In this document: piece after piece, positions 11,995 through 22,023 of the stretch | Position numbering within the stretch: the first letter of the stretch is position 1 | How the letters are laid out: the number at the start of each line of letters is the position of its first letter | Assembly (NCBI GenBank): GCA_965222225.1 | Contig: CBDCTK010000002.1 | Coordinates: 4,480,001 to 4,544,000, forward strand | Length of the DNA: 64,000 nucleotides | From: Candidatus Poribacteria bacterium | GTDB lineage: Bacteria > Poribacteria > WGA-4E > JAJDTR01 | Reading direction: 5' to 3' | Notes under the pieces: generated by a model | Databases searched by the model: none | What the model was told of the DNA's origin: nothing | The model's input: only the letters and a program-made list of their open reading frames with translations | Made by a program: the position numbers and the translations under genes

Positions 11995-12071
11995 ACCACA
12001 CGCGAGCTTCGGGAGGCCGCGCTTGATATCGACTACCGAGCACTCAATACCTCTTTGTCTAGTGAATAGCC

Positions 12072-12479
12072 ATGCTTGAAAGAAGATTTCACCTCGAAAT
12101 CAGAACACCGCAGCAACTCATCTATGAAGGCGACGTGAGCAGTATCCGAGCGCCTGGCGAACTTGGCTCATTTGAAATCCTTACCGGTCATGTTCCCTTC
12201 TTGACGGTACTGGAAACAGGCGAGATTCGTATCCGAGAAACCGATACTCCGCAGTCACTCGCAATCAGTGATGGGGTGTTTGAAGTGTTGCGAACAGGGG
12301 TCACCGTGTTGTCGGATACGGCAGAATGGGCGCATGAGATAGATATTGAACGCGCAGAGACGGCCCGTCAACGCGCTCAGGAGCATCTCGCTTCCAGAGA
12401 TTCAATGATTAACCGAGAGCGTGCCGAAGCCGCATTGGCGCGCGCCGATAATCGGATAAAAATCGCAAATTCGCTGTAG
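12072..12479 (+). CDS. atpC: F1 subunit epsilon
   Basis: GSFEILTGHVPFLT, AEWAHEIDIERA, C-terminal helical hairpin. Confidence 0.95.
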   Translation: MLERRFHLEIRTPQQLIYEGDVSSIRAPGELGSFEILTGHVPFLTVLETGEIRIRETDTPQSLAISDGVFEVLRTGVTVLSDTAEWAHEIDIERAETARQRAQEHLASRDSMINRERAEAALARADNRIKIANSL

Positions 12480-12566
12480 TGCCGACAGGGTATCATCTAT
12501 CGCCGTCAGCGTTGACGTGTCTGTAATATCTTTTTAGATATCCCTTTATCTTTTCCAGCCCGTCGT

Positions 12567-13322
12567 TCAAACCATACGCCTGTAGTGCTTCGTGAGTTCC
12601 GCTAAATCATCTTCACTCTCATCTTCGCTCTCAGTCTGTTTTATCTGACTCTCAAAGAATTCTTCCGTTGTGCGATAGATGTTGTCCAAATCTGATTGGC
12701 TTGGGCGATGACGGGATAGATGAATCATGTCACATGTGCGCAAAATCTCGCCAACGTGATCGAGTGCCGGGTCGGTCAGATCATGGGGCAACGATCCGAG
12801 AATTTCTCCTGTTGTGGCATCAAGCGTCTTGATATGGTATTTTTGCTCAACATAGCGTTTCACAATCGCGGAAATTTCATCGTAATATTCGTAAATCTCA
12901 TCGGAAGAACGAAGAGAGGCAGCCTGTTTCAATTCTCTAAGTGATAGAGCCTCTGGCGTATCCCGCTGAATGTCGAGGAAAGTAGTCTGTTCCTGTTGCG
13001 GTTCTTCTAGCCGTGCTGCTACGCGCCGGGGCGTGGTGACTGATCTCTGCGGGATGGATGGCACCCCGCTGGGTATGCTGTCGCGAAATGCGTGGCGGAG
13101 ACTGCCAGTGAACTTGCTTCGCCTTTTGCCAAACCAAGCGTAGATACCCGCCCCAATTGCAGCGAAAACCACCATCCAAACAACGACCCAAACAATTGCT
13201 GAGAGCAACCCGGATGAATGCGTGGCGGGATCTGTTTCTTGGGCAAATAGCTCTGCGCTTCCGGATGCCAGAACTATGAGCAGTGATAAGGCGCAAGGAG
13301 AAAGCTTAGCTATTCGTTGCAC
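12567..13322 (-). CDS. Hypothetical membrane protein (DUF4381/BatD-associated-like C-terminus)
   Basis: Signal peptide, TM helix, YYDEISAIVKRYVE...ATTGEIL. Confidence 0.5.
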   Translation of the reverse strand: MQRIAKLSPCALSLLIVLASGSAELFAQETDPATHSSGLLSAIVWVVVWMVVFAAIGAGIYAWFGKRRSKFTGSLRHAFRDSIPSGVPSIPQRSVTTPRRVAARLEEPQQEQTTFLDIQRDTPEALSLRELKQAASLRSSDEIYEYYDEISAIVKRYVEQKYHIKTLDATTGEILGSLPHDLTDPALDHVGEILRTCDMIHLSRHRPSQSDLDNIYRTTEEFFESQIKQTESEDESEDDLAELTKHYRRMV

Positions 13323-14746
13323 AAGTCGTATTCCTTAATTTTCCTAAAGATTGTTCTCTTGTTGACACCCAAGATTTTGGCTGCCTTGGCTCTATTATTT
13401 CCGACATAGTCGAGGGTTGCTCGAATGGCTTCCTCTTTAATTTCCTCCATCGACATACCGACTTCCACGTTCAGACGGCGATCGGAGCCTACAGCCGGCA
13501 CTGCATTCACTGCTGTAGGCGCCGAGACGATAATGGGCGCGCCAATCCCGGTGAACTTAAGAACGCGCTCCGGGAGATCCGCCAAATCCAACTCGCGACT
13601 GTTCGACATCACGACCATGCCTTCGATACAGTTCCTGAGATCGCGCACATTCCCGGGCCAATCGAATTTCATGAGCGCCCTCAGCGCTTGCGAGGAGATG
13701 TCTTTTGGCGCTTTGCGGTTCTCTTGGCAGAATTCCTCAATGAAGGTCTTGACCAAGAGTGGGATGTCCCCTTTTCGCTCGCGAAGAGGCGGTAAATATA
13801 CCGAAATAACGTCAAGGCGATCGTATAGATCCGCCATGAATTTTCCTTCCTTAACCACTTTTTCCAGGTTCCGATTTGTTGCACAGATGACGCGGACATC
13901 CACTCTAACGACTTCGTTGCCGCCGACCCGATGAAACTCCCTTTCCGCCAGCACCCGCAGCAGCCTAGCCTGATTCGATAAACTTAACTCACCAATTTCG
14001 TCAAGAAACAGGGTGCCGCCGTTAGCAGACTCAAATTTCCCTTTTCGTTGCTGATCGGCGCCCGTAAATGCTCCGCGTTCGTATCCGAAAAGCTCCGATT
14101 CTGCAAGATTCTCGTTGAGTGCGGCGCAGTTGAAGACGACAAGCGGGCCTCGCCGCAAACTTCGGTGATGGATAGCGCGAGCGACAAGCTCTTTTCCAGT
14201 GCCGCGTTCACCGCGGATCATCACCGTCGATTTCGTCGGAGCGACCTGAGCAATGGTGTCCCGAACCTCTTGGAGCTGCTGGGAGTGGCCCGTGAGACGG
14301 AGCAAGCCCTCTCGTTCATCAATCTGGGACTGCAATTGGCGGTTTTCGGCGGTAAGGCGTTGGTTTTCAAGAATCTTGTGCAGGAGCGCCTTCAAGTGGA
14401 CGGGATTCGGGGGCTTCGGCAAACAGTAGCTTGCTTCATGATGGAGCATAGCTCTTATACCTACTTCTGTTTCCAGGACATCGTGAGTCGTCATGAAAAT
14501 CACGCCCACGTCGGGGTGCTTCTGTCGAGCGGCTTCCATCAGTTGCAAGCCGTCAAGTCGGTCTCCCTTTAGCGGCGCAACCAGTATGTCAATCTTGAGC
14601 CGGTCTATGCGATCCAATGCTTCGTACATGTTCCGGGTGATGACGAAATGAAGTCCCTCGCCCTCAAGCGCGCGGCATACGGTTTCACGCTCTCTTTGGT
14701 CTGGATTGACAACGAGAACGGTTTTCTGTTGGCTCATTGGCTTCAC
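13310..14746 (-). CDS. Sigma54-dependent Fis-family activator with a degenerate receiver domain
   Basis: GERGTGKE, GAFTGA, FLDEIGEL, WPGNVRDL, C-terminal HTH. Confidence 0.92.
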   Translation of the reverse strand: MKPMSQQKTVLVVNPDQRERETVCRALEGEGLHFVITRNMYEALDRIDRLKIDILVAPLKGDRLDGLQLMEAARQKHPDVGVIFMTTHDVLETEVGIRAMLHHEASYCLPKPPNPVHLKALLHKILENQRLTAENRQLQSQIDEREGLLRLTGHSQQLQEVRDTIAQVAPTKSTVMIRGERGTGKELVARAIHHRSLRRGPLVVFNCAALNENLAESELFGYERGAFTGADQQRKGKFESANGGTLFLDEIGELSLSNQARLLRVLAEREFHRVGGNEVVRVDVRVICATNRNLEKVVKEGKFMADLYDRLDVISVYLPPLRERKGDIPLLVKTFIEEFCQENRKAPKDISSQALRALMKFDWPGNVRDLRNCIEGMVVMSNSRELDLADLPERVLKFTGIGAPIIVSAPTAVNAVPAVGSDRRLNVEVGMSMEEIKEEAIRATLDYVGNNRAKAAKILGVNKRTIFRKIKEYDLCNE

Positions 14747-14774
14747 TCAAATTTGTTGGGAAATTCGAATATAC

Positions 14775-15818
14775 TAGGAGTTACGCAGTTGGCTGAAGCG
14801 TATAAAGAGGTTGTGCCAAATAAGCCCGTACCGCATCTCTGACAATAGAGAGTTTTGCATCAAACCAACTGATACCGGTATGATAGCAATAGTGCTCAAT
14901 TCTCAGAAAGGCTCTCAGCGCTAAACCGATATGATTTCTTTGAGTGCGAGCAGAGCGCACTTGTGCGCGTTCAATGCCAACAAATTGCTTAATCCCGCGA
15001 TGATATTCTTCTATTGTCCAAGACCATTCGGCATATTTGAGACGCGTCAATTCGTCCATCTGTAAATCATTCGTTGCCCAATATTCAATGTCACCTTCTG
15101 GAGTGTCAACCTTAAATACTCGAATCAATCCATAGCCTTTGAGATGGACAATTGTACCTGTTGATTCACTCGGAAGCGTACTCACCGGACGGTTACCGGA
15201 ATAATCTTTACTGACAAGTCGGTTGGCAGCTAGACGAGTAAGCCACTTCCAACCATGACCTCGCACCGCTTTTAGATTCTTTAGACTGGCATACCAACTA
15301 TCAAAACACACACATTCAGGAGCAAAACCGCGTGTTTTCGCTTCTTCAAGCATGGCGCGGAAATGCTCATTCTTCGTCAAGCCGTCTTTGGCTTTATCAT
15401 AGATTCGATAATCACACGGAATATGTCTATCGCCATCCGTCCAGAGCAAAGTGACCAAGTTAATCCCATTCACAACTCGGTGGTGTTTCCCTGACCAGTG
15501 TTTTGTCACGAGTTCAATCTTTTGTGAATAAGGTTTATCCAGAGTCGAGTCATCTATAACTAAAATTCCGGATTCTAATTTCACCTGATTTCTCGATTCT
15601 TGCCACAGTTTGCCAGTATCGGGTTCCTCTCGATGCAAGAGCCGTGTTATCGAATCGTGAGCCGGAGGATTATCAGCTTGGGGTTGAACTTTTTCCGATT
15701 CAAGACAACTGTAACTTTTCTGAGCGGCTACCAAGAAATCAATATAGTCAGTGTCAGTATATTTAGGGGGATTCATACTCAAATTATAACCTATTTTCAC
15801 TCAACTGCGTAACTCCTA
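14775..15818 (-). mobile_element. Complete IS701-family insertion sequence
   Basis: Perfect 17-bp TIR TAGGAGTTACGCAGTTG (14775-14791 and 15802-15818) flanked by a 5-bp direct repeat TATAC (14770-14774, 15819-15823). Confidence 0.9.
14781..15776 (-). CDS. IS701-family DDE transposase
   Basis: LVIDDSTLDKPYS, FDSWYAS, WTIEEYHRGIKQ. Confidence 0.9.
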   Translation of the reverse strand: MNPPKYTDTDYIDFLVAAQKSYSCLESEKVQPQADNPPAHDSITRLLHREEPDTGKLWQESRNQVKLESGILVIDDSTLDKPYSQKIELVTKHWSGKHHRVVNGINLVTLLWTDGDRHIPCDYRIYDKAKDGLTKNEHFRAMLEEAKTRGFAPECVCFDSWYASLKNLKAVRGHGWKWLTRLAANRLVSKDYSGNRPVSTLPSESTGTIVHLKGYGLIRVFKVDTPEGDIEYWATNDLQMDELTRLKYAEWSWTIEEYHRGIKQFVGIERAQVRSARTQRNHIGLALRAFLRIEHYCYHTGISWFDAKLSIVRDAVRAYLAQPLYTLQPTA

Positions 15819-15939
15819 TATACAACAGAATTTATCCAAGAATAATACCTTATTCACGTAATTTCGTCAAGGGCAATGCAAAGCGTCCTCTACCTCGATT
15901 TTGGTCGAACGTGCAATGATTAGGGCGTGGAGGAAAGAG

Positions 15940-16395
15940 AGGGGATTGGACGGATGGAAGGATGGAAGAGACGTGGAGACAGAGTTTTCGAGAAGAAACA
16001 CGGATTCCATTGTCTGAACCGCGGATTAAGGGATCTCTATCGCACTCACTATCCGTTCGCTTGATTAGATTAAAGGATTTCACGGATTAAACGTGCCTAA
16101 TCGGTGTTGTATTGCGCCTTGAAGATTCGTATTGCGGACCGGTTTACTGCGGAGTCGCAATGGAGGCCTGGGTTGGCTGTACGTTGTGGGCAACGCGTTT
16201 GGATATGGTGGGCAATGCCCACCCTACAAAAGCTCTATCGCACGGGATTTTCTATGGGAATGCTATCGCATTCGCTATTCGCTCATTTGATCCTTCCTTA
16301 ATCAGTCGGTTGATCGGTCGATATTCACTCCCTTGATCTATTCGCTCAGTCGATCCCTCAATCTATATTGTTCGTTTGATTCCAATCTACGCTAC
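15940..16395. repeat. Intergenic repeat mosaic (REPs plus single and deeply nested 36-nt units)
   Basis: Unit at 16030-16066; REP GGTGGGCAATGCCCACCCTAC at 16207-16227; nested stack at 16231-16382. Confidence 0.8.
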
Positions 16396-16555
16396 TGAAT
16401 TATTCCGTATGCGTTCAGTGTTTGTATCTGTTATAATCTGGAAAAAGCATTCTCCGTTCTAGTCCAGTGGCAGATTAGCAATCACTGAAAAATGTAGTGT
16501 CCCTGAAATCCCTATCGTCGTGCGAAACCGAAACGTACGGCATTTGTCATGAGGA

Positions 16556-17734
16556 ATGAAAATGGATATCTATAAATCACCTTCAGCGGTGGATTCTGAA
16601 GGAACAACCAAGTTCTACCGTGCCACGGCATTTGCCGACGCGAAGCCGGAGCTTGCGGCGCCAGGGGCTACGCCAGAGCGTTTGGAACACTTGAAAGAGC
16701 ACGGTTTCGTCATTATCACCGACTTCGTTGGCAGCCCTTGGATTCCGATTCTGCGTGAAGCCGGTAGGCGTGTCACCGAGGCATGTACTCCCGAAAACGG
16801 CTATAGTAAGATTGACTGCTCCAAAGGCTATGTGCATCGGGCAGCAGAGGATGAGCCCTGGGCAATTCGGGGATTGATTCATCCGGCTTTCGGCGAGCCG
16901 AGTTTTGCCGAATTTTATGGTTCGCCGGAGTACCTTCGCTTTGTCCATGATTGGTGCCACGGTTTGCAACCGGAGGATCTTGTCATGCTTCCGATGCTCC
17001 TCTGGTGCAATCCTAGGAGGAACGAGAATGGACCAAGTTGGCATCGAGACACGACATGGTGGGGCACTGGAAAGGGTTACTTTGCGCAGCGCCCGGAACA
17101 GGAGGGACCGGAAGCCTATTCGGAGGAGGTTGAGAGGCGCCGCTGGAAAGAAATCCAAGCAGAAAACTTGAATTCAATTGTCGAGCGGAATGGCGTGAGC
17201 ATGTTTCTTGCGCTTGCCGATGATGAGTGCCATGAACTGATTCCCGGTAGCAACCATCGGTGGCGGACGCCGTTTGAGCACGATGTGCTACTACCGAAAT
17301 CCATGAAGGAGCAGGGAGTGCCGTACACGCCGAGTTGGAACGGCGTCGACCCGTTGCCGAATCAGGTCGCCATTCGGTTAAAGCCCGGGGAAGCACTCAT
17401 CCGGAACGGCGTTACCATCCACACAGGGCACACTGTGCCTGATCGCGAGCGCAACACACTGGCACTCGGTTGGAGTAAGTGGTCGGGGCCTTTCACGGGG
17501 GAGTCAGCCATGTCGGATGTGCGTAACGCATGGCAACTCGATCTTGTCGTGCGTGAGGCGTTGCCGTACGAATGGATGAAGACTACTTGGGATCGTTGGG
17601 CAGAGACCGTGAAACTAGGGGATACGCTTGAGGACCGCTACACCCCGTTTGACATCAATAACATCAAGGCGGGGCAAATACTGGGTTGGCGAGGCGAGTT
17701 GGAGCGTCAGGCTGCGGCGGCTGGGGATGCGTGA
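16556..17734 (+). CDS. Phytanoyl-CoA dioxygenase (PhyH)-like Fe/2OG oxygenase
   Basis: EHGFVII, WHRD (HxD), LIPGSNHRW, LKPGEALI...IHTG. Confidence 0.75.
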   Translation: MKMDIYKSPSAVDSEGTTKFYRATAFADAKPELAAPGATPERLEHLKEHGFVIITDFVGSPWIPILREAGRRVTEACTPENGYSKIDCSKGYVHRAAEDEPWAIRGLIHPAFGEPSFAEFYGSPEYLRFVHDWCHGLQPEDLVMLPMLLWCNPRRNENGPSWHRDTTWWGTGKGYFAQRPEQEGPEAYSEEVERRRWKEIQAENLNSIVERNGVSMFLALADDECHELIPGSNHRWRTPFEHDVLLPKSMKEQGVPYTPSWNGVDPLPNQVAIRLKPGEALIRNGVTIHTGHTVPDRERNTLALGWSKWSGPFTGESAMSDVRNAWQLDLVVREALPYEWMKTTWDRWAETVKLGDTLEDRYTPFDINNIKAGQILGWRGELERQAAAAGDA

Positions 17735-17804
17735 GAACCGTTCCACACGTTGGATTAATCTCACAGCGTTAGCCTGCTCTAGGTTGGAGATGTGTATTGG
17801 AAGG

Positions 17805-18014
17805 GAGGTAGAAGCCGAGTTTTCGAGAAAAAAGGGATACGTCGCGAGCTCGCTCCTACAAATCGAACGTGCAATGAATTGCACTACTACAAACCGAGAA
17901 GACGCACAACGGAGAGGGGCCATCAAAGATAGGAAATTGAGAATCTGATGTTTGGAGATGGTGGGCAGGGAATCTCTATCGCACTCACTGTCCGTTCCTT
18001 TGATCCCACCCTAC
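17805..18014. repeat. REP cluster including a REP interrupted by a 36-nt unit
   Basis: GGTGGGCA[17968-18005 unit]CCACCCTAC; further CTAC-ended hairpins near 17841 and 17869. Confidence 0.8.
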
Positions 18015-18215
18015 AAAACTGCTTCTTCCAATTGGATTTCGATAACCTCTAGTAGATTCTTTCTTGCCTCTTCAATGTCCTTTCCACAACTCACAACGTC
18101 TATCTCTGGGCAGTAGGCGACGTACATGTTGCCCTCTTTCCATATTTCTTCCGTTATACGTTATAACAAGATTCTTCACTGTAGCCTCCTCAATCTATAT
18201 GAGCTCGGGTCAAAA

Positions 18216-19442
18216 CTATGGCATGCCGCCAATAATGTTCTGAACTTCGGTTTCCAAGTCAAGGGTGATTTGCTGGGTCGTCTGCCTCTTTTCTTTTTTG
18301 TAAGTCTCATAGGAATCCAAGAGGTTCTTGGGTGTTCCGATACGCAGGAAGGCATCCAAGGGGCCTTTGACTTTTGACTGACCGTAAACTTCGACTTCGA
18401 GGCGCGTGATGACCTCCAGGAAGCGTTCTTGAGAGGGATCTTCGCCGATATAGCCTTCGTAGATCGCAATGGAGTTTACGATGCGGCGGAGGTCGGTGTA
18501 AAACTGCCGAAACTTGTCAACGCGCTGCGCGTGAACTCCCCGTTCATACTCCGTCATCTCATCCACATCCCGGTAAATCCCCTCATCGATCCGATTCTGG
18601 ATTGCCCGGACCCGCCTGAGCGGGTTCCGGTCTGATAGAGGTGCGAGTTCCAAGAAGTTCTCCATCTGCGACAGAATGTGCTCTCGCATCTGCTGAATGC
18701 GTTCATTCAGTGTGCCCCCTTCATCTAGGCGCAGGTGATACTCTCTCGCCAGAATAGCCAGTAGGCTGCCGCCCACGTTCTTCACACGGTCGTACAGGTC
18801 TGCAGGTCGGTTGGCAGGGTCGGGGAGGACGCTCTGTTCCAAATTTGTAAGCGCCTCCTCGATTTGATCCCACATGTCGTTCCTGTAGATGTACTTTATC
18901 CCGACAGGCACCAGATAGAGGGGTTTCAGGTCCCCCGCCTTCTCCATGTCGTTGAGTGCCCACAAGCCGAACTGCACAATGCCACTCTCGAACGGCATGA
19001 TGGTCTCGTTCTGATGCGAGATTTCGCCTTCGCCGAAGATGACCAGCTTCCGCGCCCCTTTGGCGAGCGTTTCTCGTGTCATCCGAAACGAGTCGCGGTC
19101 GACAGCACCACGCACGACGGAGTAGACGCCGAGCCGCGTCATGACAAAGCCCCTCAATTTCAACCCGGCTATTTTGCGGTCAAAGGTTTCGCGTGCGCAC
19201 ATGTACCGAAATCGCTCACCATAGCGAGTTGACAGGGCGAACATTACATGGGGGTCGGCGCGGGAGGGGTGATTCGGCACCAGAATAGTTGGGTAGCCTT
19301 CAGTCGATTTCAGCCTGTCCAGGGATTCGGAGTCGATATCGACATGGGAGACCTTGGTTGTAAGCCGCATCAGGATTGGTAGCAGCAACTTTACGCTTCC
19401 GATTACGAGCCCATTTTCTTTTGGCGGTTTGAAATCTAGCAT
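18216..19442 (-). CDS. PlsC-family acyltransferase
   Basis: PNHPSRADP (NHxxxxD), LGVYSVVRG, VIFGEGE. Confidence 0.85.
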   Translation of the reverse strand: MLDFKPPKENGLVIGSVKLLLPILMRLTTKVSHVDIDSESLDRLKSTEGYPTILVPNHPSRADPHVMFALSTRYGERFRYMCARETFDRKIAGLKLRGFVMTRLGVYSVVRGAVDRDSFRMTRETLAKGARKLVIFGEGEISHQNETIMPFESGIVQFGLWALNDMEKAGDLKPLYLVPVGIKYIYRNDMWDQIEEALTNLEQSVLPDPANRPADLYDRVKNVGGSLLAILAREYHLRLDEGGTLNERIQQMREHILSQMENFLELAPLSDRNPLRRVRAIQNRIDEGIYRDVDEMTEYERGVHAQRVDKFRQFYTDLRRIVNSIAIYEGYIGEDPSQERFLEVITRLEVEVYGQSKVKGPLDAFLRIGTPKNLLDSYETYKKEKRQTTQQITLDLETEVQNIIGGMP

Positions 19443-19522
19443 TGGTTCACTCCAAGGTTATTTGCCTTTGAAACCAGAACTGTCCTATAAGACCTATCTT
19501 CTTTGTGTTCTTGCGAATTCCT

Positions 19523-19543
19523 GTAGGGTGCGCACTGCGCACC
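19523..19543 (+). repeat. GTAG-type REP hairpin at the left edge of the defence island
   Basis: GTAGGGTGCGCACTGCGCACC. Confidence 0.8.
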
Positions 19544-19559
19544 ATCGCCACCAAAAGGG

Positions 19560-21572
19560 TCACGCATGATGACATTTTGAAAGAAGGTGTTTGAGACATT
19601 TGCCAACATGACAACGAAATTCTTCATACTCATTTTTTTTCACTGGCGAAGCACTCGGATCGGCGTGCGAAACAGTGTCTTTGTGACGTCGAACAAATAA
19701 CTGAAGGACTTGATCGTGCGTTTCGCTGGGCACCTTCCGTTCCCTAAGGAATTCACCTACGTTTTTTTTCTTATAGTCTCTTAATGAGCACGGGGCATTC
19801 TTATCCAATAATTGGCAACTGGCGTGAAACTCGTTAAATAAATGGCTAAGCGCAACTGAATATTCCTCTTTTTGCTCACACAAGACTCGCAATCGAATCT
19901 GTTCGATAACATGTGGTTTAGCTATTTTCAAAGTCTGTGCTTTTGTCAATTCGTAATAACCAAGTGGTCTTGATGGCAAGCCTTTCCGTTTGAAAATATC
20001 CATGATTCGTTTCATCGCTGGGTCTTGTTTGAGAAGTTGGGGCAATTTGCTCGGGGCAAACTCAGTCTGACAGAGATACTGTAGCGCGAGACATATATCC
20101 CTTGACGTTAACGGTTTTTTCTGGCGAAGAAATTTCTGAAATTGCTCAGACACATCACTGCATTTCGAGATTAAAACGATAATCGGCTTTGAATAAGCAT
20201 TAACTAACTCGAAATCAAAGCCGTTAGAACTCAGAAAATATTCTCTAAGTCTATCCATGTAGTTGTATTTGGGACGTACTAACATCCTTTGGACGTTTTC
20301 ATCAAATACCCCCTTGAGCCCTTCCATAAAATTTTCTTCATTGAACTGTTCTTGTACGCTCCTTGGCTCGAAATGTTCCCGAAAGTAAGGTGCTATGGGA
20401 AAGCGCTTCAGTTTCTCCAACTGTTCAAAGATGTGCTCAATTTTAACGGCAGGCTTAACGGTAGTTTTGTCCTCTACGTCGTCATCTCGAGATATCATTT
20501 TCAAATTTCTTGTGAGTGCATCTCTATCGCTTTTCTCTTTTAGTCGGAAAATCTTTGTTTTTGGATTGAGTCGAAGTCCTAATTTTTCGTGAAGACAATC
20601 TGAAATACGGGCTGCTAACGGATTAAACAGAGGTCTCAAATCACTATCCTGTTCTTTAAAAGTGATTGATATATATATGTCGTCCACGTAGCGGATTATG
20701 GCATGATCTTGTATTGATTCGTTGCTGCGACAAAGTTCATCATCAAGATATGAATCCCCAAAGGCAAGAAAAAGATATCCGATGAAATCGGAGATAATGT
20801 TGTTGTCTGATTGCGGTATGCCTGAAGTTCCGCACGCCACAAAATCAAAAAAAGAAACAAGCTGACCATATGTTTTCTCGCCAAAGTAAAGTTTTTTCTT
20901 TACACTGTAATTGACGCGAGTTTCAAGTAAATCAAGAAGTCTCGGAATGCTAAGTTCATCGAAAAAGTTTTGTATGTCCAAGCGAATAACAACCTTGCGC
21001 TCTGTGTTTTCGTCTTTTTCCTTTTCCACCTCTTTGCAGAAGTTTTCATAGTGTGGTACGTGATAGATTGGTTCCTTGATGGGCTTCGGCTTTTTAATGA
21101 TGTGTCCTTGTTCGTTGAACTGTAGATTCCCTCCGTAGCCGGCGCGGATTCGATCGTGAGTGCTATAATTTTCTTGCAGATAATCTTTGGAAAGTTCAAT
21201 CAAATAAATTCCCACGGCGTTGTAAAGGACGCGCATAGGGCATGTCATAAACTTGTAACGACGCAGACCAAGATTAGATTTTGGGATAGTGTATGGAACA
21301 ATCGCAAACTCCCTGCTCAAGCCGTAAAACAGGTTATTGTCAACTGTCGTGCTGAAATACCTTTTCGACTTCAACCTGTTGAACGACTTACTCAGATTTT
21401 CGTAGTGAGACATCTCAGGCGTCCGGAAAAATCTATTTGTTTTTTTTCTTTCTAGTTGATACTCCAACAATTCTAAAGCTTGCAGCCAATGACGGTACTT
21501 CAAAAAATGGCTAAATTGGGGCACGTCATATTCGTTGGGGTTCTTTTTCCGTACGACGGTTTTTTTGTTCAT
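19560..21572 (-). CDS. abiA: AbiA-family reverse transcriptase with C-terminal HEPN-like motif (abortive infection)
   Basis: IPKSNLGLRRY, LDIQNFFD, GIPQ, IRYVDD; C-terminal LFVRRHKDTVSHA; AT-rich relative to flanks. Confidence 0.8.
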   Translation of the reverse strand: MNKKTVVRKKNPNEYDVPQFSHFLKYRHWLQALELLEYQLERKKTNRFFRTPEMSHYENLSKSFNRLKSKRYFSTTVDNNLFYGLSREFAIVPYTIPKSNLGLRRYKFMTCPMRVLYNAVGIYLIELSKDYLQENYSTHDRIRAGYGGNLQFNEQGHIIKKPKPIKEPIYHVPHYENFCKEVEKEKDENTERKVVIRLDIQNFFDELSIPRLLDLLETRVNYSVKKKLYFGEKTYGQLVSFFDFVACGTSGIPQSDNNIISDFIGYLFLAFGDSYLDDELCRSNESIQDHAIIRYVDDIYISITFKEQDSDLRPLFNPLAARISDCLHEKLGLRLNPKTKIFRLKEKSDRDALTRNLKMISRDDDVEDKTTVKPAVKIEHIFEQLEKLKRFPIAPYFREHFEPRSVQEQFNEENFMEGLKGVFDENVQRMLVRPKYNYMDRLREYFLSSNGFDFELVNAYSKPIIVLISKCSDVSEQFQKFLRQKKPLTSRDICLALQYLCQTEFAPSKLPQLLKQDPAMKRIMDIFKRKGLPSRPLGYYELTKAQTLKIAKPHVIEQIRLRVLCEQKEEYSVALSHLFNEFHASCQLLDKNAPCSLRDYKKKNVGEFLRERKVPSETHDQVLQLFVRRHKDTVSHADPSASPVKKNEYEEFRCHVGKCLKHLLSKCHHA

Positions 21573-21696
21573 TGATTTGGTAATTCCCTGCTTAAACTTT
21601 CATTCCGGTCATGAGATTTGTGAACTGCTAGTGGAACCATGCAAAATCCGCGCAATTCCAAGTCTTTGCTGTCTACGACCTAGGCATTTCGACTGT

Positions 21697-22023
21697 CTAC
21701 GAAACATCACCTAGCTCTTCCAAATCTTGCTGTCGCTCCTCCCAATCTGGGAGATAGGCGTGCATGAAGCTTTTGAATAGCCTCCCGTGATTCGGGGCGA
21801 GGAGATGAACCAACTCATGCACAATCACGAATTCGCCCAACGCCGCCGGCAGACGCAGCAACTCGGTGTTCAAGGTCAATCGCCCAGTTGTGGATATAGA
21901 TGCCCACTTTTTCCGCATGTCCCGCAGATGTACCTCGCGCACCGTCACGCCCATGCGCTCAGCCCAACCCCAGACCGCGCCTTTCAAATCGCTCGAATCA
22001 CTCCATATACTTTCGGCGTTCAT
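21697..22023 (-). CDS. M48/YgjP (DUF45) metallopeptidase
   Basis: VIVHELVHLLAPNHG; overlaps the hsdR stop. Confidence 0.85.
   Translation of the reverse strand: MNAESIWSDSSDLKGAVWGWAERMGVTVREVHLRDMRKKWASISTTGRLTLNTELLRLPAALGEFVIVHELVHLLAPNHGRLFKSFMHAYLPDWEERQQDLEELGDVS

Noticed and set aside
15850-16336. Short ORFs over repeat mosaics (also 8519-8737, 25150-25344, 37323-37601, 44360-44590)
   Set aside because: They are translations of REP/unit DNA, without RBS or protein-family features
16231-16382. Possible CRISPR array (36-nt repeats)
   Set aside because: Copies are degenerate, truncated and nested, with no unique spacers; no cas genes in the window
19560-21696. Retron or group II intron
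   Set aside because: No VTG retron motif, msr/msd inverted repeats or intron domain V seen; the motifs fit AbiA
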